DNA from: Verrucomicrobiia bacterium
GTDB lineage: Bacteria; Verrucomicrobiota; Verrucomicrobiia; Limisphaerales; JADLHS01
Reading direction: 5' to 3'
Assembly: GCA_011525685.1 (NCBI GenBank)
Contig: WYBW01000168.1
Span: 25,859-89,858 of the forward strand
DNA: 64,000 nucleotides
Numbering within the stretch: the stretch's first letter is position 1; every line of letters begins with the position of its first letter. Of the stretch, positions 1 to 9,282 are shown piece after piece. The translations under genes were made by a program, and so were the position numbers. The notes under the pieces are model-generated. The model had not been told where the DNA came from. It worked only from the letters and a program-made list of their open reading frames with translations, and made no database searches.

Positions 1-2470
1 TGATGACATTGAACTGCGGCCCTTCAATTACTTTGAGAACATCACGACCAACGTGGTGAACGGGACAAATGCATACGTGACGAACAAGGTCTTCTCCCAC
101 ATCGCCTCCAGCGTGTTGAACAACGGCGGTTTCGAGTCCGCCTACGGCGCCGGATCGGGTTCGTGGACCAACGCTGGCGGTCACAGCGGCTCCGCCCCAT
201 CCAACAGCAGGGCGCGTTCGGGCACTTATTCGTTGCGTGTCGTTTCCACCACTGGCGGCACCGCGCCCGGGAGCAGCTACATCCGGCAGGGCTTCTCGAA
301 CACCTATCAGACCACCAACAGTTGGGGACAGACGGTGACACTCACCCGGGCAAGCACCGACCCGGTGGTGTTGAGTTACTGGTATTTGCCGGGCATTGAC
401 TCGACAAAACTGAGGCTGCAACTGGGCAGCGGATTGAACAGCACTCCGGGCGGAATCCCGCCCGTTCCGGCCTGGGTTTATGCCACCGCCACCGGCACCG
501 CTTCTTCAACGCCCCAGCTTTACATTTACTTGAGCGGCTCCGGCACGGCCTATCTGGATGACATCAAACTCGTTGCCGGCAGTGTGCCGGAGGTCGGCGC
601 CAATCTGCTCGCGAACGCCGGCTTTGAGTCGGGCATGTCCTCCTGGATTGGGACTGGGAATCATTCCAACTCCGTCGTCAGCTCGACCATCGGCCGCTCC
701 GGCAGCGGCAGTTTGCAGGTGGTGTCCACGGGCACGGGCAGCGGTTCCGGCAACTCGGTCAATCAAATCAACATCCCCGGGCTGACCAGCGGCCAGACCT
801 ACACGGTAAGTTACTGGTACCTCCCCGCGCCGGGACGAACCCTGACCGTGAGGTTGAGCGGCAGCGGGCTGCTCAGTTCGGACACGGATTCGGGTTCGCT
901 CTATCGCAAGCTGGAAACATCCAGCGCGGCGATTGGCGATCTGCGGGCCTGGTTCAGTCTTCACGCCGTGAACTCCCCGCGGCAGCTTTTCGAGATCCTT
1001 TCGCAGTTTTGGGAGAACCATTTTGTCACCCAATATTCGAAGAGCCGCGATTATTTGCAGGGCCGCGGTTACGACAGCACCACCGCGGGCATTCTGGCCA
1101 CGGACTGGGAATTCCGCGAAATGACCAGGTGGCGCAACGCCATGCTCAATCCGCAATGCACCTTCTACGACCTGCTCAAGATCAGCGCCGAAAGCCCGGC
1201 CATGATCGTCTATCTGGATTCGGTCAACAGCCGTGGCAACGCAAACAACATCGCCAACGAGAACTACGCGCGCGAATTGCTGGAGCTGTTCACCTTTGGC
1301 GTGGACAACGGTTATGACCAGAACGACATCATCCTCATGTCCCGCGCGTGGACGGGCTGGTCGGTCGAATTGGTGGATGAGGCCAAAGCCAACAATCCGT
1401 TCGCGCCGGCTTCCGTCACGTACCGGCCGGGCACCAACAGCACCTCCAAGGCGAACACCGTCGGCGTCTGGGCGTTCAATTACAAGGCCGCCAACCACGG
1501 CACCAATCGCGGCGCCCTTTTCCCCGGAGCCACCGTGCCGGCGCGATTCGGGCCGCCTTGGGCCGGGCGGAATTATCAACTGAACATCCCCCCCCGCGTC
1601 ACCGGCGCGACCAACAGCATCGAGGACGGCTATGACGTCATCGCGCACCTGGCCAACCAGCCGTTCACCCAGGAATACATCTCGGTCAAACTTTGCCGCC
1701 TATTCGTGCATGAGGATTTCCCGAATCCAACGACGACCCCGGGTCATCCGGAATATGACTTCTACGACTACACGAATCCCAGCATGTCCGCGGAAGCCAG
1801 ACTGGTGCGGGATTGCATGTTGGCCTGGGAGAACAGCAATCCCAAGGGCCAGATTCGCGCCGTGTTGAATGTGATCTTCAACTCCGATCTGTTCCGCAGC
1901 CACACCGCCGCCGCCCAGAAGGTCAAGACGCCGCTGGAGTTCGTGGCCAGCAGCGTGCGGGCGTTGCGGTCGGTCAATCCCAACGGCACCGCCACCGCGA
2001 ACACGGACGGCTTTTCCTTCGCGACGCGCTTGAACAACATGGGCGGCATGGGCCTCTTCGATCGTGGTGATCCGGACGGTTATCCCGAGGGTGGCGCCTC
2101 GTGGATCAGCGCCGGCACGCTGGTCGAGCGCATCCGTTACATTCAGGCCTTCTGCAACGCGGGCACCGGCGACGACGCGGGCAATCACGTCTGCGATCCA
2201 GTCGGCTTGCTCAAGAAAAAATTGCCCGCCGCCAGTTGGAACAACGCCGGGGCCGTGGCGGACTATTTCCTAGCCATTCTTTATCCGGGCGAAGGCGCGG
2301 GAAATCTGGCCCTTTATCGCCAGGCGGCCATCAACTTCCTGAACACCGCCGACAACGGCACGACGGCTTCCCTGTTCAGCAGCCTGGGGAACACGACCAC
2401 CACCTACGACACCCGCGTGCGCGGCATGGTGGCCATGCTGATGACCTTCCAGCGATTCCAGGAGCAATAA
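1..2470 (+). CDS. Secreted DUF1800-like protein with N-terminal CBM-like beta-sandwich repeats (5' partial; reading frame open to window edge)
   Basis: ORF 53..2470 has no in-frame stop back to position 2, so the gene likely starts upstream of the window. N-terminal half contains two repeats of a beta-sandwich module (..SYWYLPG.., ..SYWYLPAPGRTLTVRLSGSG..). C-terminal half carries the FWENHF / LLELFTFG-type motifs I associate with DUF1800. It is immediately followed by a DUF1501 gene, the canonical DUF1800 partner. Confidence 0.7.
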   Translation, partial: DDIELRPFNYFENITTNVVNGTNAYVTNKVFSHIASSVLNNGGFESAYGAGSGSWTNAGGHSGSAPSNSRARSGTYSLRVVSTTGGTAPGSSYIRQGFSNTYQTTNSWGQTVTLTRASTDPVVLSYWYLPGIDSTKLRLQLGSGLNSTPGGIPPVPAWVYATATGTASSTPQLYIYLSGSGTAYLDDIKLVAGSVPEVGANLLANAGFESGMSSWIGTGNHSNSVVSSTIGRSGSGSLQVVSTGTGSGSGNSVNQINIPGLTSGQTYTVSYWYLPAPGRTLTVRLSGSGLLSSDTDSGSLYRKLETSSAAIGDLRAWFSLHAVNSPRQLFEILSQFWENHFVTQYSKSRDYLQGRGYDSTTAGILATDWEFREMTRWRNAMLNPQCTFYDLLKISAESPAMIVYLDSVNSRGNANNIANENYARELLELFTFGVDNGYDQNDIILMSRAWTGWSVELVDEAKANNPFAPASVTYRPGTNSTSKANTVGVWAFNYKAANHGTNRGALFPGATVPARFGPPWAGRNYQLNIPPRVTGATNSIEDGYDVIAHLANQPFTQEYISVKLCRLFVHEDFPNPTTTPGHPEYDFYDYTNPSMSAEARLVRDCMLAWENSNPKGQIRAVLNVIFNSDLFRSHTAAAQKVKTPLEFVASSVRALRSVNPNGTATANTDGFSFATRLNNMGGMGLFDRGDPDGYPEGGASWISAGTLVERIRYIQAFCNAGTGDDAGNHVCDPVGLLKKKLPAASWNNAGAVADYFLAILYPGEGAGNLALYRQAAINFLNTADNGTTASLFSSLGNTTTTYDTRVRGMVAMLMTFQRFQEQ

Positions 2471-2484
2471 CCGCCAAGGATTTT

Positions 2485-4185
2485 ATGCAACCAAAGTCAT
2501 TCAACATTCTCTCCCGCCGGGCCTTTCTGAGCCAGTCGTTCAAAACCAGCATGGCCATCGCCCTGGCCACGCTCACCGACATTCCCCTGGTCATGAAACG
2601 CGCGCTGGCCGAGGGCAGCATCGGCCTGAACGGCAAGAAAATCCTGTTCATCTGGCTGCGCGGCGCCAACGACGGCCTGAACTCCGTCATCCCCATTCAG
2701 GACTACGCCTACACCGACCCCGGCGTGGCGCTGCGTCCGGGCATCGGAATTCAAAAGGAAGCCTCGGTGGATTACAGCGCGCGCGGGAGTTGCTTCGACC
2801 CCACACAATTCTCTTCGGCCGCGACCATGGCCCCGCGCACGGCATCGGAGAACACCTATAGTTACGACCGTGCCATCCGATTAGGCAATGGCTTTGCCGC
2901 GTTGCACCCCTCGCTCAAGTTTCTCGCCCCGATTTACAACGCCGGCGATCTCGCGTTGATCCATCGGGTGGCCTATCCCCGCCAGTCCCGCTCGCACTTC
3001 GATTCGCAGAACTATTGGGAGAACGGCAACCCCAACAACAACCTTTCCAAGGACGGCATTTTCTACCGCGCGATCATCGAGTCCGGCCTGGCCAACACTT
3101 CGCCGCTGACCGGCATCTCGATTCAGTCCTCCCTGCCGCTCATCTTGCGCGGCTCGGCCGCCGCCATGACGAATCTCACCAGTCCCACGCGCTACGACCT
3201 GCTCGGTGTCCCGACGCCCGCCGGCGACGCCAAGGCCTTCAATTCCATCATCGGCGCGAACTATCATCCGTTCCCGGCCAAGCGCAGCCGCGACCTGCTC
3301 GAACTGCAATACCAGAACATGTCCAACACGCTGCGCATCTTTGCCGACATTGATTTCTCGGATGCCGGCAACACGTTCCGTGACAACGTGAACACTGACG
3401 GCGACAGCGCCCCCTACTATCTGTTCCCGGACAGCAACGCCAAGAACGGCGGCTACGCCTTCAACGGTAACAACGTGAACAAATACGTTGTCCCCACCAG
3501 CCAATACGGCTTCTTCCGCAATCTCAAGGCCGCCGCCATGATCCTGAACAAAACCGATGCCATCATCGCGGGCACGGAGTTCGGCGGTTTCGACACCCAC
3601 CAGAACCAGGGCGGAGCGACCGGCCAGCACGCCAACCTCCAACGCGTGATCGGCTGGTCCATGTACGCCCTGCGCAAGTACTTCACCGCTTACGCGGACA
3701 AAGCCACCTGGGAAAACACCATCGTCGTCACGCTCTCCGAATTCGGTCGCACTTCGCGTGAGAATTCTGACGCGGGCACCGACCACGCCGAAGGGGCCGT
3801 CATGTTCGTGGCAGGCGGCGGCCTCAAAGGCTATGGCAAGGGCAATGCCTATGGGGTTTTCGGTTGCAGCGACGACCCGCTCATCGAGCCGATCCCTTGG
3901 AAAAGCGGACCGCGCACCACCAGCGCCGCCACCTGCGGCACCATGTTTGCCGCCGGCTTTCGCGAAAGCGCCACCACGGTGAACCCGACTTCGGCCGGTT
4001 ACTTGCGGCGTTCCTTTGATTACCGGTCGGTGCTGGGCGAGATCATCCGCAAGCACCTCGGCGCCACGCAAAACCAGTTGAACCGGATCATCCCGGCATA
4101 CGCCAACCCGGCCGAGTGTCTGCTCACGGGCGGGGTTTCGAGCGTTGACGAAGTCCTCATTCGCGGAGAACCCGGCATCCTGTAA
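2485..4185 (+). CDS. DUF1501 domain protein (sulfatase/alkaline-phosphatase-like), Tat signal
   Basis: ATG at 2485 is in frame with ORF 2101..4185 (the upstream part overlaps the previous gene and is unlikely to be translated). N-terminus MQPKSFNILSRRAFLSQS is twin-arginine-like. Hallmark DUF1501 motif TLSEFGRTSRENSDAGTDHAEGAVMFVAGGGLKG present. Confidence 0.85.
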   Translation: MQPKSFNILSRRAFLSQSFKTSMAIALATLTDIPLVMKRALAEGSIGLNGKKILFIWLRGANDGLNSVIPIQDYAYTDPGVALRPGIGIQKEASVDYSARGSCFDPTQFSSAATMAPRTASENTYSYDRAIRLGNGFAALHPSLKFLAPIYNAGDLALIHRVAYPRQSRSHFDSQNYWENGNPNNNLSKDGIFYRAIIESGLANTSPLTGISIQSSLPLILRGSAAAMTNLTSPTRYDLLGVPTPAGDAKAFNSIIGANYHPFPAKRSRDLLELQYQNMSNTLRIFADIDFSDAGNTFRDNVNTDGDSAPYYLFPDSNAKNGGYAFNGNNVNKYVVPTSQYGFFRNLKAAAMILNKTDAIIAGTEFGGFDTHQNQGGATGQHANLQRVIGWSMYALRKYFTAYADKATWENTIVVTLSEFGRTSRENSDAGTDHAEGAVMFVAGGGLKGYGKGNAYGVFGCSDDPLIEPIPWKSGPRTTSAATCGTMFAAGFRESATTVNPTSAGYLRRSFDYRSVLGEIIRKHLGATQNQLNRIIPAYANPAECLLTGGVSSVDEVLIRGEPGIL

Positions 4186-4239
4186 GCCTTGCCAATCTCC
4201 TCCAGAACTGGCCTCGGTGAATCGCCCTGTTTGGGCGGT

Positions 4240-5154
4240 GTGCTCAAAGTCATCTTGCTGGCAATCGGCCTTGGTGCGCTCCGGGCCGTCGCGGCCTCCG
4301 TTACGAACGTCCCTTCAGCCGACACCTCCCTCATCGAGATCGCGCCCACCAACAACAACGGCGCCCAGGCCTGGTTTCTGGCCGGCAAGATCCAGAACGA
4401 CCGTTACAAGAACCGCGCCCTCATCAAGTTCGACTTCACCAATCTGCCCACCAACGCGCTCATTGAGTCGGTCGCGCTCAATGTCGAAGTCACGCGCGTG
4501 CCGGATGAACCGCCAGTGAACTCGACTTTTGGACTGCGCCGGATGTTGCGTCCCTGGGGTGAAGGCTACAAAGCGGCCAATCCTTTTGCCATCCCGCCCG
4601 AGCCGCCGGGCCAGGGCCGTCCGGCGACCGCGGGCGAGGCCACCTGGTTGTGCGCGTTCTTCCCCACCAACGAATGGTCGGCGCCGGGCGGTGCCGAGGG
4701 CGTGGACTTCTCCGCTGTGGAAAGCTCTTTTGAATTTATCGGCGGCCTCGGTCCATACCGCTTCCCCTCCACTCCCGAATTGGTGACCGACGTCCAGGAC
4801 TGGATCCATGATCCCCAGGCCAATCACGGGTGGATGCTGCTCTCCAATGATGAGGTGACGATTCTGACGGCGCGCCGCTTCGCCTCACGCGAAGACCCGG
4901 ACGCGCACCCCACGTTGGAAATTGAATACACGGCTGTCCCGGTCATTGAAACCGCGCGACACGCCGACGACCAGTTCCACCTCACATTCACCGCCTGGCC
5001 GGGCCAGACCTGTGCGGTCGAATACCGCGACTCGCTTACCTTGGGTTCATGGCAAATTCTGACCAACTTGGAGACCGCGACAGTCCCGACGCGATACTCG
5101 ATCGCAGATCCGGCCGTGAACCCACAGCGATTCTACCGCGTTGTCAGTTTCTGA
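4240..5154 (+). CDS. Secreted hypothetical protein with DNRLRE-like domain and conserved RFYRVV C-terminal domain
   Basis: GTG at 4240 gives signal peptide VLKVILLAIGLGALRAVAAS (the ORF-track TTG at 4189 is less likely). Central region RALIKFDFTNLP..ALIESVALNVEV..LRPWGEG resembles the DNRLRE domain pattern. Last about 65 aa (..HLTFTAWPGQTCAVEYRDSLTLGSWQILTNL...PQRFYRVVSF) match the C-terminal domain shared with three other proteins in this window. Confidence 0.65.
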   Translation: MLKVILLAIGLGALRAVAASVTNVPSADTSLIEIAPTNNNGAQAWFLAGKIQNDRYKNRALIKFDFTNLPTNALIESVALNVEVTRVPDEPPVNSTFGLRRMLRPWGEGYKAANPFAIPPEPPGQGRPATAGEATWLCAFFPTNEWSAPGGAEGVDFSAVESSFEFIGGLGPYRFPSTPELVTDVQDWIHDPQANHGWMLLSNDEVTILTARRFASREDPDAHPTLEIEYTAVPVIETARHADDQFHLTFTAWPGQTCAVEYRDSLTLGSWQILTNLETATVPTRYSIADPAVNPQRFYRVVSF

Positions 5155-5364
5155 CCCAGCCCGGAGTCTTCGTTCCCGGCTGGCCACGGCGCCGCCGTCA
5201 GCTTTCGCGTTGGCTGGGTCAGAATCCCTTGATCCACGCGGGCTTGCAGACGACATCTGACGCCAAATCTGCCGCCGCTCCAACAGTGGTTTCGTCCAAC
5301 CTCTCCAGTGGAATACGCGGCAAGGTCAATTCGAGATAGCGATGAGAATACTGCTAACAAAACA

Positions 5365-5400
5365 TTGACTTTTCCGTCAGTATGTAATAGAAACTACTAC
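5365..5400 (+). promoter_or_regulatory. Candidate promoter/operator: TTGACT-N13-GTAATAGAAACTACTAC upstream of the secreted Ig/CBM protein gene
   Basis: AT-rich island in an otherwise GC-rich region. Same architecture (TTGACA-N13-GTAGTAGAAGCTATTAC, inverted-core version) recurs upstream of the paralogous PEP-CTERM gene at about 12744..12779. Confidence 0.4.
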
Positions 5401-5405
5401 ACGTA

Positions 5406-7223
5406 ATGCCAATGCTGACAGAAAATAACTTAAGGCAACAGTCGCGCCCCATGAATCCGATTATGAAAACTCCACCGGCCAATCGTATGATCCCAAGCGC
5501 AGTGCCGCTCCAGCCAGGTTTCGTTTCTCAATCCTCCGTCAGAGTCCGGCGCAAACTGATGCTTTTGCCCGCGTTGTGCTTGGCCTTGATGGGCTTCGTG
5601 GCTGCAGGTTGGTCACAGATCACGGTAAAGGTGGATTCGACCAAAGCTTGGAGCGGCTGGATGAACTGGTTTGACACTAACGGCACTTACGTTGGTGGCA
5701 ATGCTTGGGGGACAAACGAGCTGCGCGCCAACTTCCAGCCGGACCTCGTGACGCCCACGCGTGTGGTGCTCCGGATCAATACGAATACCTACAATCCTGC
5801 CGATCCCTACTGGAATCAGCCGGACGGCACGCCCAACAAACTTCTCGAGGCAAACTTCTATGTGGACGTTGGCACCACTTTCGGCGGGAATGACGTGTTC
5901 TTCACGGGCACGGTGGAGTCAAACTCCCTCCCCGCAGGCTGGACGTGTGTGGCGATCATCAAGCAGTTTGGCAGCGGTTATGTTTTTCGAGGTGACTCGC
6001 GGGAGGACTTGTTTGATGGCACTCCCTTCACGGTGGCACGCTACATTCCACCGGGCGACATCTGCCAGTATGGATTCCTCCTCTATGGCCCGAACACCGC
6101 GCCGAATTCCCCGGCTGCCTTGGAAGGTGTCAGTGTGTTGGTGGACAACGCTGATCCTGGCATCATTACAGAACCGTCCGACCAGCGAGTGGTTTTTGGC
6201 GACACCGCAAGGTTTTCGGTGGTCGCTTCCGGCTCTTCCGCCCTGAGCTATCAGTGGCAACGCTATGACACCAATCTGGTAAACGGCGGCAGGTTCTCCG
6301 GCGCCACCAGCGCCACGCTCACCATCAACAACGCACAGGCTGAGGATGCGACGTCGTACAAGGTCACCGTGACCGGCACCGCCGGCGTCGTTGATTCCCG
6401 AGCGGCCCGCCTGCGGGTATTGACGCCGGCGCAGTTTGCCAACGCCCTGGACAATCCCAGCTTTGAATTGGACGTCGTCACGCCCACGACCGTGCCGGAA
6501 CCGTGGATCAACTTCAGCGGTTCAGGGCTGCAAAGCACCAACAACTTCTACGCCTGGCCGTCCGAGGACAATGTGCGAACCGTGGAGGGCACCAACGTGG
6601 TGCAAATTTACAACGCCGGGGAATGGAATGGAATTTTTCAGGATGTGCCGGCGTCTCCGGGCGAGATTTTCACGGGTGAGTGCTGGCTCTGGCAGTCGAG
6701 TTTCGATCCGCTGACCGCGCCGGTGAACGAGGCGTTTGTGGAGGTGCAGTTCCGCGCGGGCAACGACAATCCCATTGCCATCTACCATTCGCGCTATGTG
6801 ACGAACGCGCCCGAACTGCTGGACACGTGGCTGTTGCTGCAAGCAACCAATGGCGTGGCCGCCGGATACGCCCAAACGACCACCACGAATGCGCAATACC
6901 TGGTCGCGCCGCCGGGCACCGAGTTCGCGCGCTTTCAAGTCACCCTGCATTACCTGGGCGGCGGCTCGGGAAGCGTGTACGTGGACGCCGCGCGGCTCAT
7001 GAAGAAATTGCCGGTGACGGTGGACATCACGGTCAATGGCGGCCAGATCCAACTGGCCTGGTTGTCGCAGGGCGACACCGATTATCAAGTGGTTTACAAG
7101 GATGATCTGAACAGTCCCACTTGGACACCGCTGGGCGGTTTGATCCGGGGTGATGGTTCGGTGAAATCGGTTTTGTACGCTCCCACGGATGCCCGGCGTT
7201 ACTACCAGGTGTTGACGAGGTAA
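5406..7223 (+). CDS. Secreted multi-domain protein: N-terminal domain shared with the PEP-CTERM paralog, Ig-like domain, CBM4/9-like domain, RFYRVV-type C-terminal domain
   Basis: ORF 5406..7223; an alternative ATG at 5451 (MNPIMK..) is also possible. Hydrophobic signal/anchor LMLLPALCLALMGFVAAGWSQ. Residues after it (ITVKVDSTKAWSGWMNWF..LLEANFYVD..VFFTGTVESNSL..VAIIKQFG..QYGFLLYGPNT) align with the PEP-CTERM protein at 12848..13540. Ig-like segment (PGIITEPSDQRVVFGDTARFSVVASG..SYQWQR..ATSYKVTV). C-terminal QIQLAWLSQGDTDYQVVYKDDLNSPTWTPLG...RRYYQVLTR. Confidence 0.75.
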   Translation: MPMLTENNLRQQSRPMNPIMKTPPANRMIPSAVPLQPGFVSQSSVRVRRKLMLLPALCLALMGFVAAGWSQITVKVDSTKAWSGWMNWFDTNGTYVGGNAWGTNELRANFQPDLVTPTRVVLRINTNTYNPADPYWNQPDGTPNKLLEANFYVDVGTTFGGNDVFFTGTVESNSLPAGWTCVAIIKQFGSGYVFRGDSREDLFDGTPFTVARYIPPGDICQYGFLLYGPNTAPNSPAALEGVSVLVDNADPGIITEPSDQRVVFGDTARFSVVASGSSALSYQWQRYDTNLVNGGRFSGATSATLTINNAQAEDATSYKVTVTGTAGVVDSRAARLRVLTPAQFANALDNPSFELDVVTPTTVPEPWINFSGSGLQSTNNFYAWPSEDNVRTVEGTNVVQIYNAGEWNGIFQDVPASPGEIFTGECWLWQSSFDPLTAPVNEAFVEVQFRAGNDNPIAIYHSRYVTNAPELLDTWLLLQATNGVAAGYAQTTTTNAQYLVAPPGTEFARFQVTLHYLGGGSGSVYVDAARLMKKLPVTVDITVNGGQIQLAWLSQGDTDYQVVYKDDLNSPTWTPLGGLIRGDGSVKSVLYAPTDARRYYQVLTR

Positions 7224-7466
7224 CGCGCCTGAGTGGAGCGCCTCTCGTCCAAATCCCCGGCCATCCCACGACTGTTTGCCCCGGAGGCGGGCGTTATCGG
7301 CGAACAACCGACGACCACTCCGGAGGCGCTGGTGGCGGCACACCGGCCCGGCGCAGGAACGAAGCCAAAGTCTGGCAATCAACTCCGGGTGGACACGAAC
7401 TTCAAGCTGCGGGAGAATGATGCCAGGAGCGCGGGGACCTCACGCGACTCTGCTGGTGCGAACATT

Positions 7467-9083
7467 TTGAAACGACTTGGTCAACTTCTGATCATTCTGT
7501 GCCTGTGCGCTTTCGGGCTGCCAGGGGCATTGGCGCAGGAGCTTCCCGGTTGGAAACTGGTTTGGGCGGACGAGTTCGATCAGCCGGATGGCAGCTCCCC
7601 GGACGCCAGCAAGTGGGTTTTCGACATTGGCACGGGCAACAATGGCTGGGGCAACAACGAACTGCAGTACTACACGTCGCGAACGAACAATGCCCGCATC
7701 GAGGGTGGCCACCTCGTCATCGAGGCGCGCCAGGAAAGCTTTGGCGGACGCAACTACACTTCCGCCCGGCTCAAAACGCAGGGCAAGGCGTCCTGGACTT
7801 ATGGTCGCATGGAGGCACGCATCAAGCTCTCCCGCGGGAAAGGCATCTGGCCGGCGTTCTGGATGCTCGGCACGAATTTCACCTCGGTCGGCTGGCCCGC
7901 CTGCGGGGAAATTGACATCATGGAAAACATCGGTTCGGAAACCAACCGGGTGCATGGAACAATTCATGGACCGGGCTATTCGGGCGCCAATGGCATTGGC
8001 GGCAGTCTCCCGCTTCCCGGCGGCGCGGCCTACGCCGATGACTTCCACGTCTTCGCCGCCGAATGGGAAACCAACCGCATCCGGTGGTTCATGGACGATC
8101 AGCTTTTTTTCAGCGTTACCCCGGCGCGTCTGCCCGCCGGCAGTCAATGGGTGTTCACGCAGCCGCAGTTCATCCTGCTCAACCTGGCGGTGGGCGGCAA
8201 CTGGCCCGGAGCGCCGGATGCCTCGACCGTTTTTCCCCAACGCCTCACCGTGGATTATGTGCGGGTTTACGCCGCCACGAATACGAGCAAACCGGAGTCG
8301 CCGCCGGGTTGCGACGGCAACGCGCTGGTCAATCCCGGTTTCGAGGTTGGCGGACTGACGGGCTGGCAGACCTACGGAAACGGTTTCAACACCGTGATCC
8401 AACACGTCAGCAGCGCGCCGGTTCGCGGCGGCACGAATGTGTTCAAGGTGTTCGGACAGTTCACCGGCGGCGACAACTACTCGGGAATTTATCAGGACCT
8501 GCCAACCTCCCCCGGCACCAGCTACACGGCCCATGCCTGGGCTTGCACACCGGCAAATGACCGCATCGCCGGCGCCAATGCGGCGTGGATCGAAGTGACC
8601 TTCCGCGACGCGGGCTTGAACATCCTGAGCTTCTATCGCAGCGGGATTTTCAACGCCGACACGCCTGCGGAGGCCTGGCACAACCTCGCGGTGACCAACC
8701 GCATCAGTCCGGTCACCTATCAAGTCATCGGCTCGGTGACGAACCTCCCCGCCCCGGCGGGAGCAGAATGGGTCCGGTATCAGGTGGTGTTCCGACAACC
8801 GTCCGCCGCGGCGGGTGCCGTTTTGTTTGATGATTTGAACCTGTCGGTGCCGGTTGATCCGGAAGTGCCGATTCCGGCACTCGTAGCGCGCGATGACGAC
8901 CACCTTCGCATTTCGTTTCCCACCACTGCTGGTCTGGCGTACCAGGTCCGCTATCGGGAGGAACTGAACCTGGGCCAGTGGCTGGTGCTGACCAACGTGA
9001 CCGGCGATGGCACAACGCGAACGGTTGCGGATGCCTTGAGCGGTGACCGGCGTTTCTACCACGTCGTGCGCGTCTGCAATTGA
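7467..9083 (+). CDS. Glycoside hydrolase family 16 (laminarinase/beta-1,3-glucanase-like) with C-terminal CBM4/9-like and RFYRVV-type C-terminal domain
   Basis: TTG at 7467 gives signal peptide (M)KRLGQLLIILCLCAFGLPGALAQE; ORF track starts further upstream at 7233. GH16 signature WKLVWADEFD...GWGNNELQYYT and catalytic motif GEIDIMENIGSE. Then a CBM-like beta-sandwich (GFEVGGLTGWQTYGN..) and C-terminal HLRISFPTTAGLAYQVRYREELNLGQWLVLTNV...DRRFYHVVRVCN. Confidence 0.85.
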   Translation: MKRLGQLLIILCLCAFGLPGALAQELPGWKLVWADEFDQPDGSSPDASKWVFDIGTGNNGWGNNELQYYTSRTNNARIEGGHLVIEARQESFGGRNYTSARLKTQGKASWTYGRMEARIKLSRGKGIWPAFWMLGTNFTSVGWPACGEIDIMENIGSETNRVHGTIHGPGYSGANGIGGSLPLPGGAAYADDFHVFAAEWETNRIRWFMDDQLFFSVTPARLPAGSQWVFTQPQFILLNLAVGGNWPGAPDASTVFPQRLTVDYVRVYAATNTSKPESPPGCDGNALVNPGFEVGGLTGWQTYGNGFNTVIQHVSSAPVRGGTNVFKVFGQFTGGDNYSGIYQDLPTSPGTSYTAHAWACTPANDRIAGANAAWIEVTFRDAGLNILSFYRSGIFNADTPAEAWHNLAVTNRISPVTYQVIGSVTNLPAPAGAEWVRYQVVFRQPSAAAGAVLFDDLNLSVPVDPEVPIPALVARDDDHLRISFPTTAGLAYQVRYREELNLGQWLVLTNVTGDGTTRTVADALSGDRRFYHVVRVCN

Positions 9084-9282
9084 ATCCGTCAGTCTCCTGC
9101 CCGAGCGACCGCCATTTTACTGGCGATTCGAGAACGAGTTGACATCCTGCGACCGCGTGAGCTGCGACACGGAAAGGTCATCGAAACCGAGGCGCCTGGG
9201 CGCCGCCCGCGTCTCGGCCCGGATCAGCTTCCGCGCACCCGACCATCCGGACAGGTGGTCGCGGTTTGCTTCCTCGGACGGC

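Noticed and set aside
2101-2484. Upstream extension of the DUF1501 ORF to 2101
   Set aside because: Overlaps the 3' end of the preceding gene; the Tat signal begins exactly at ATG 2485.
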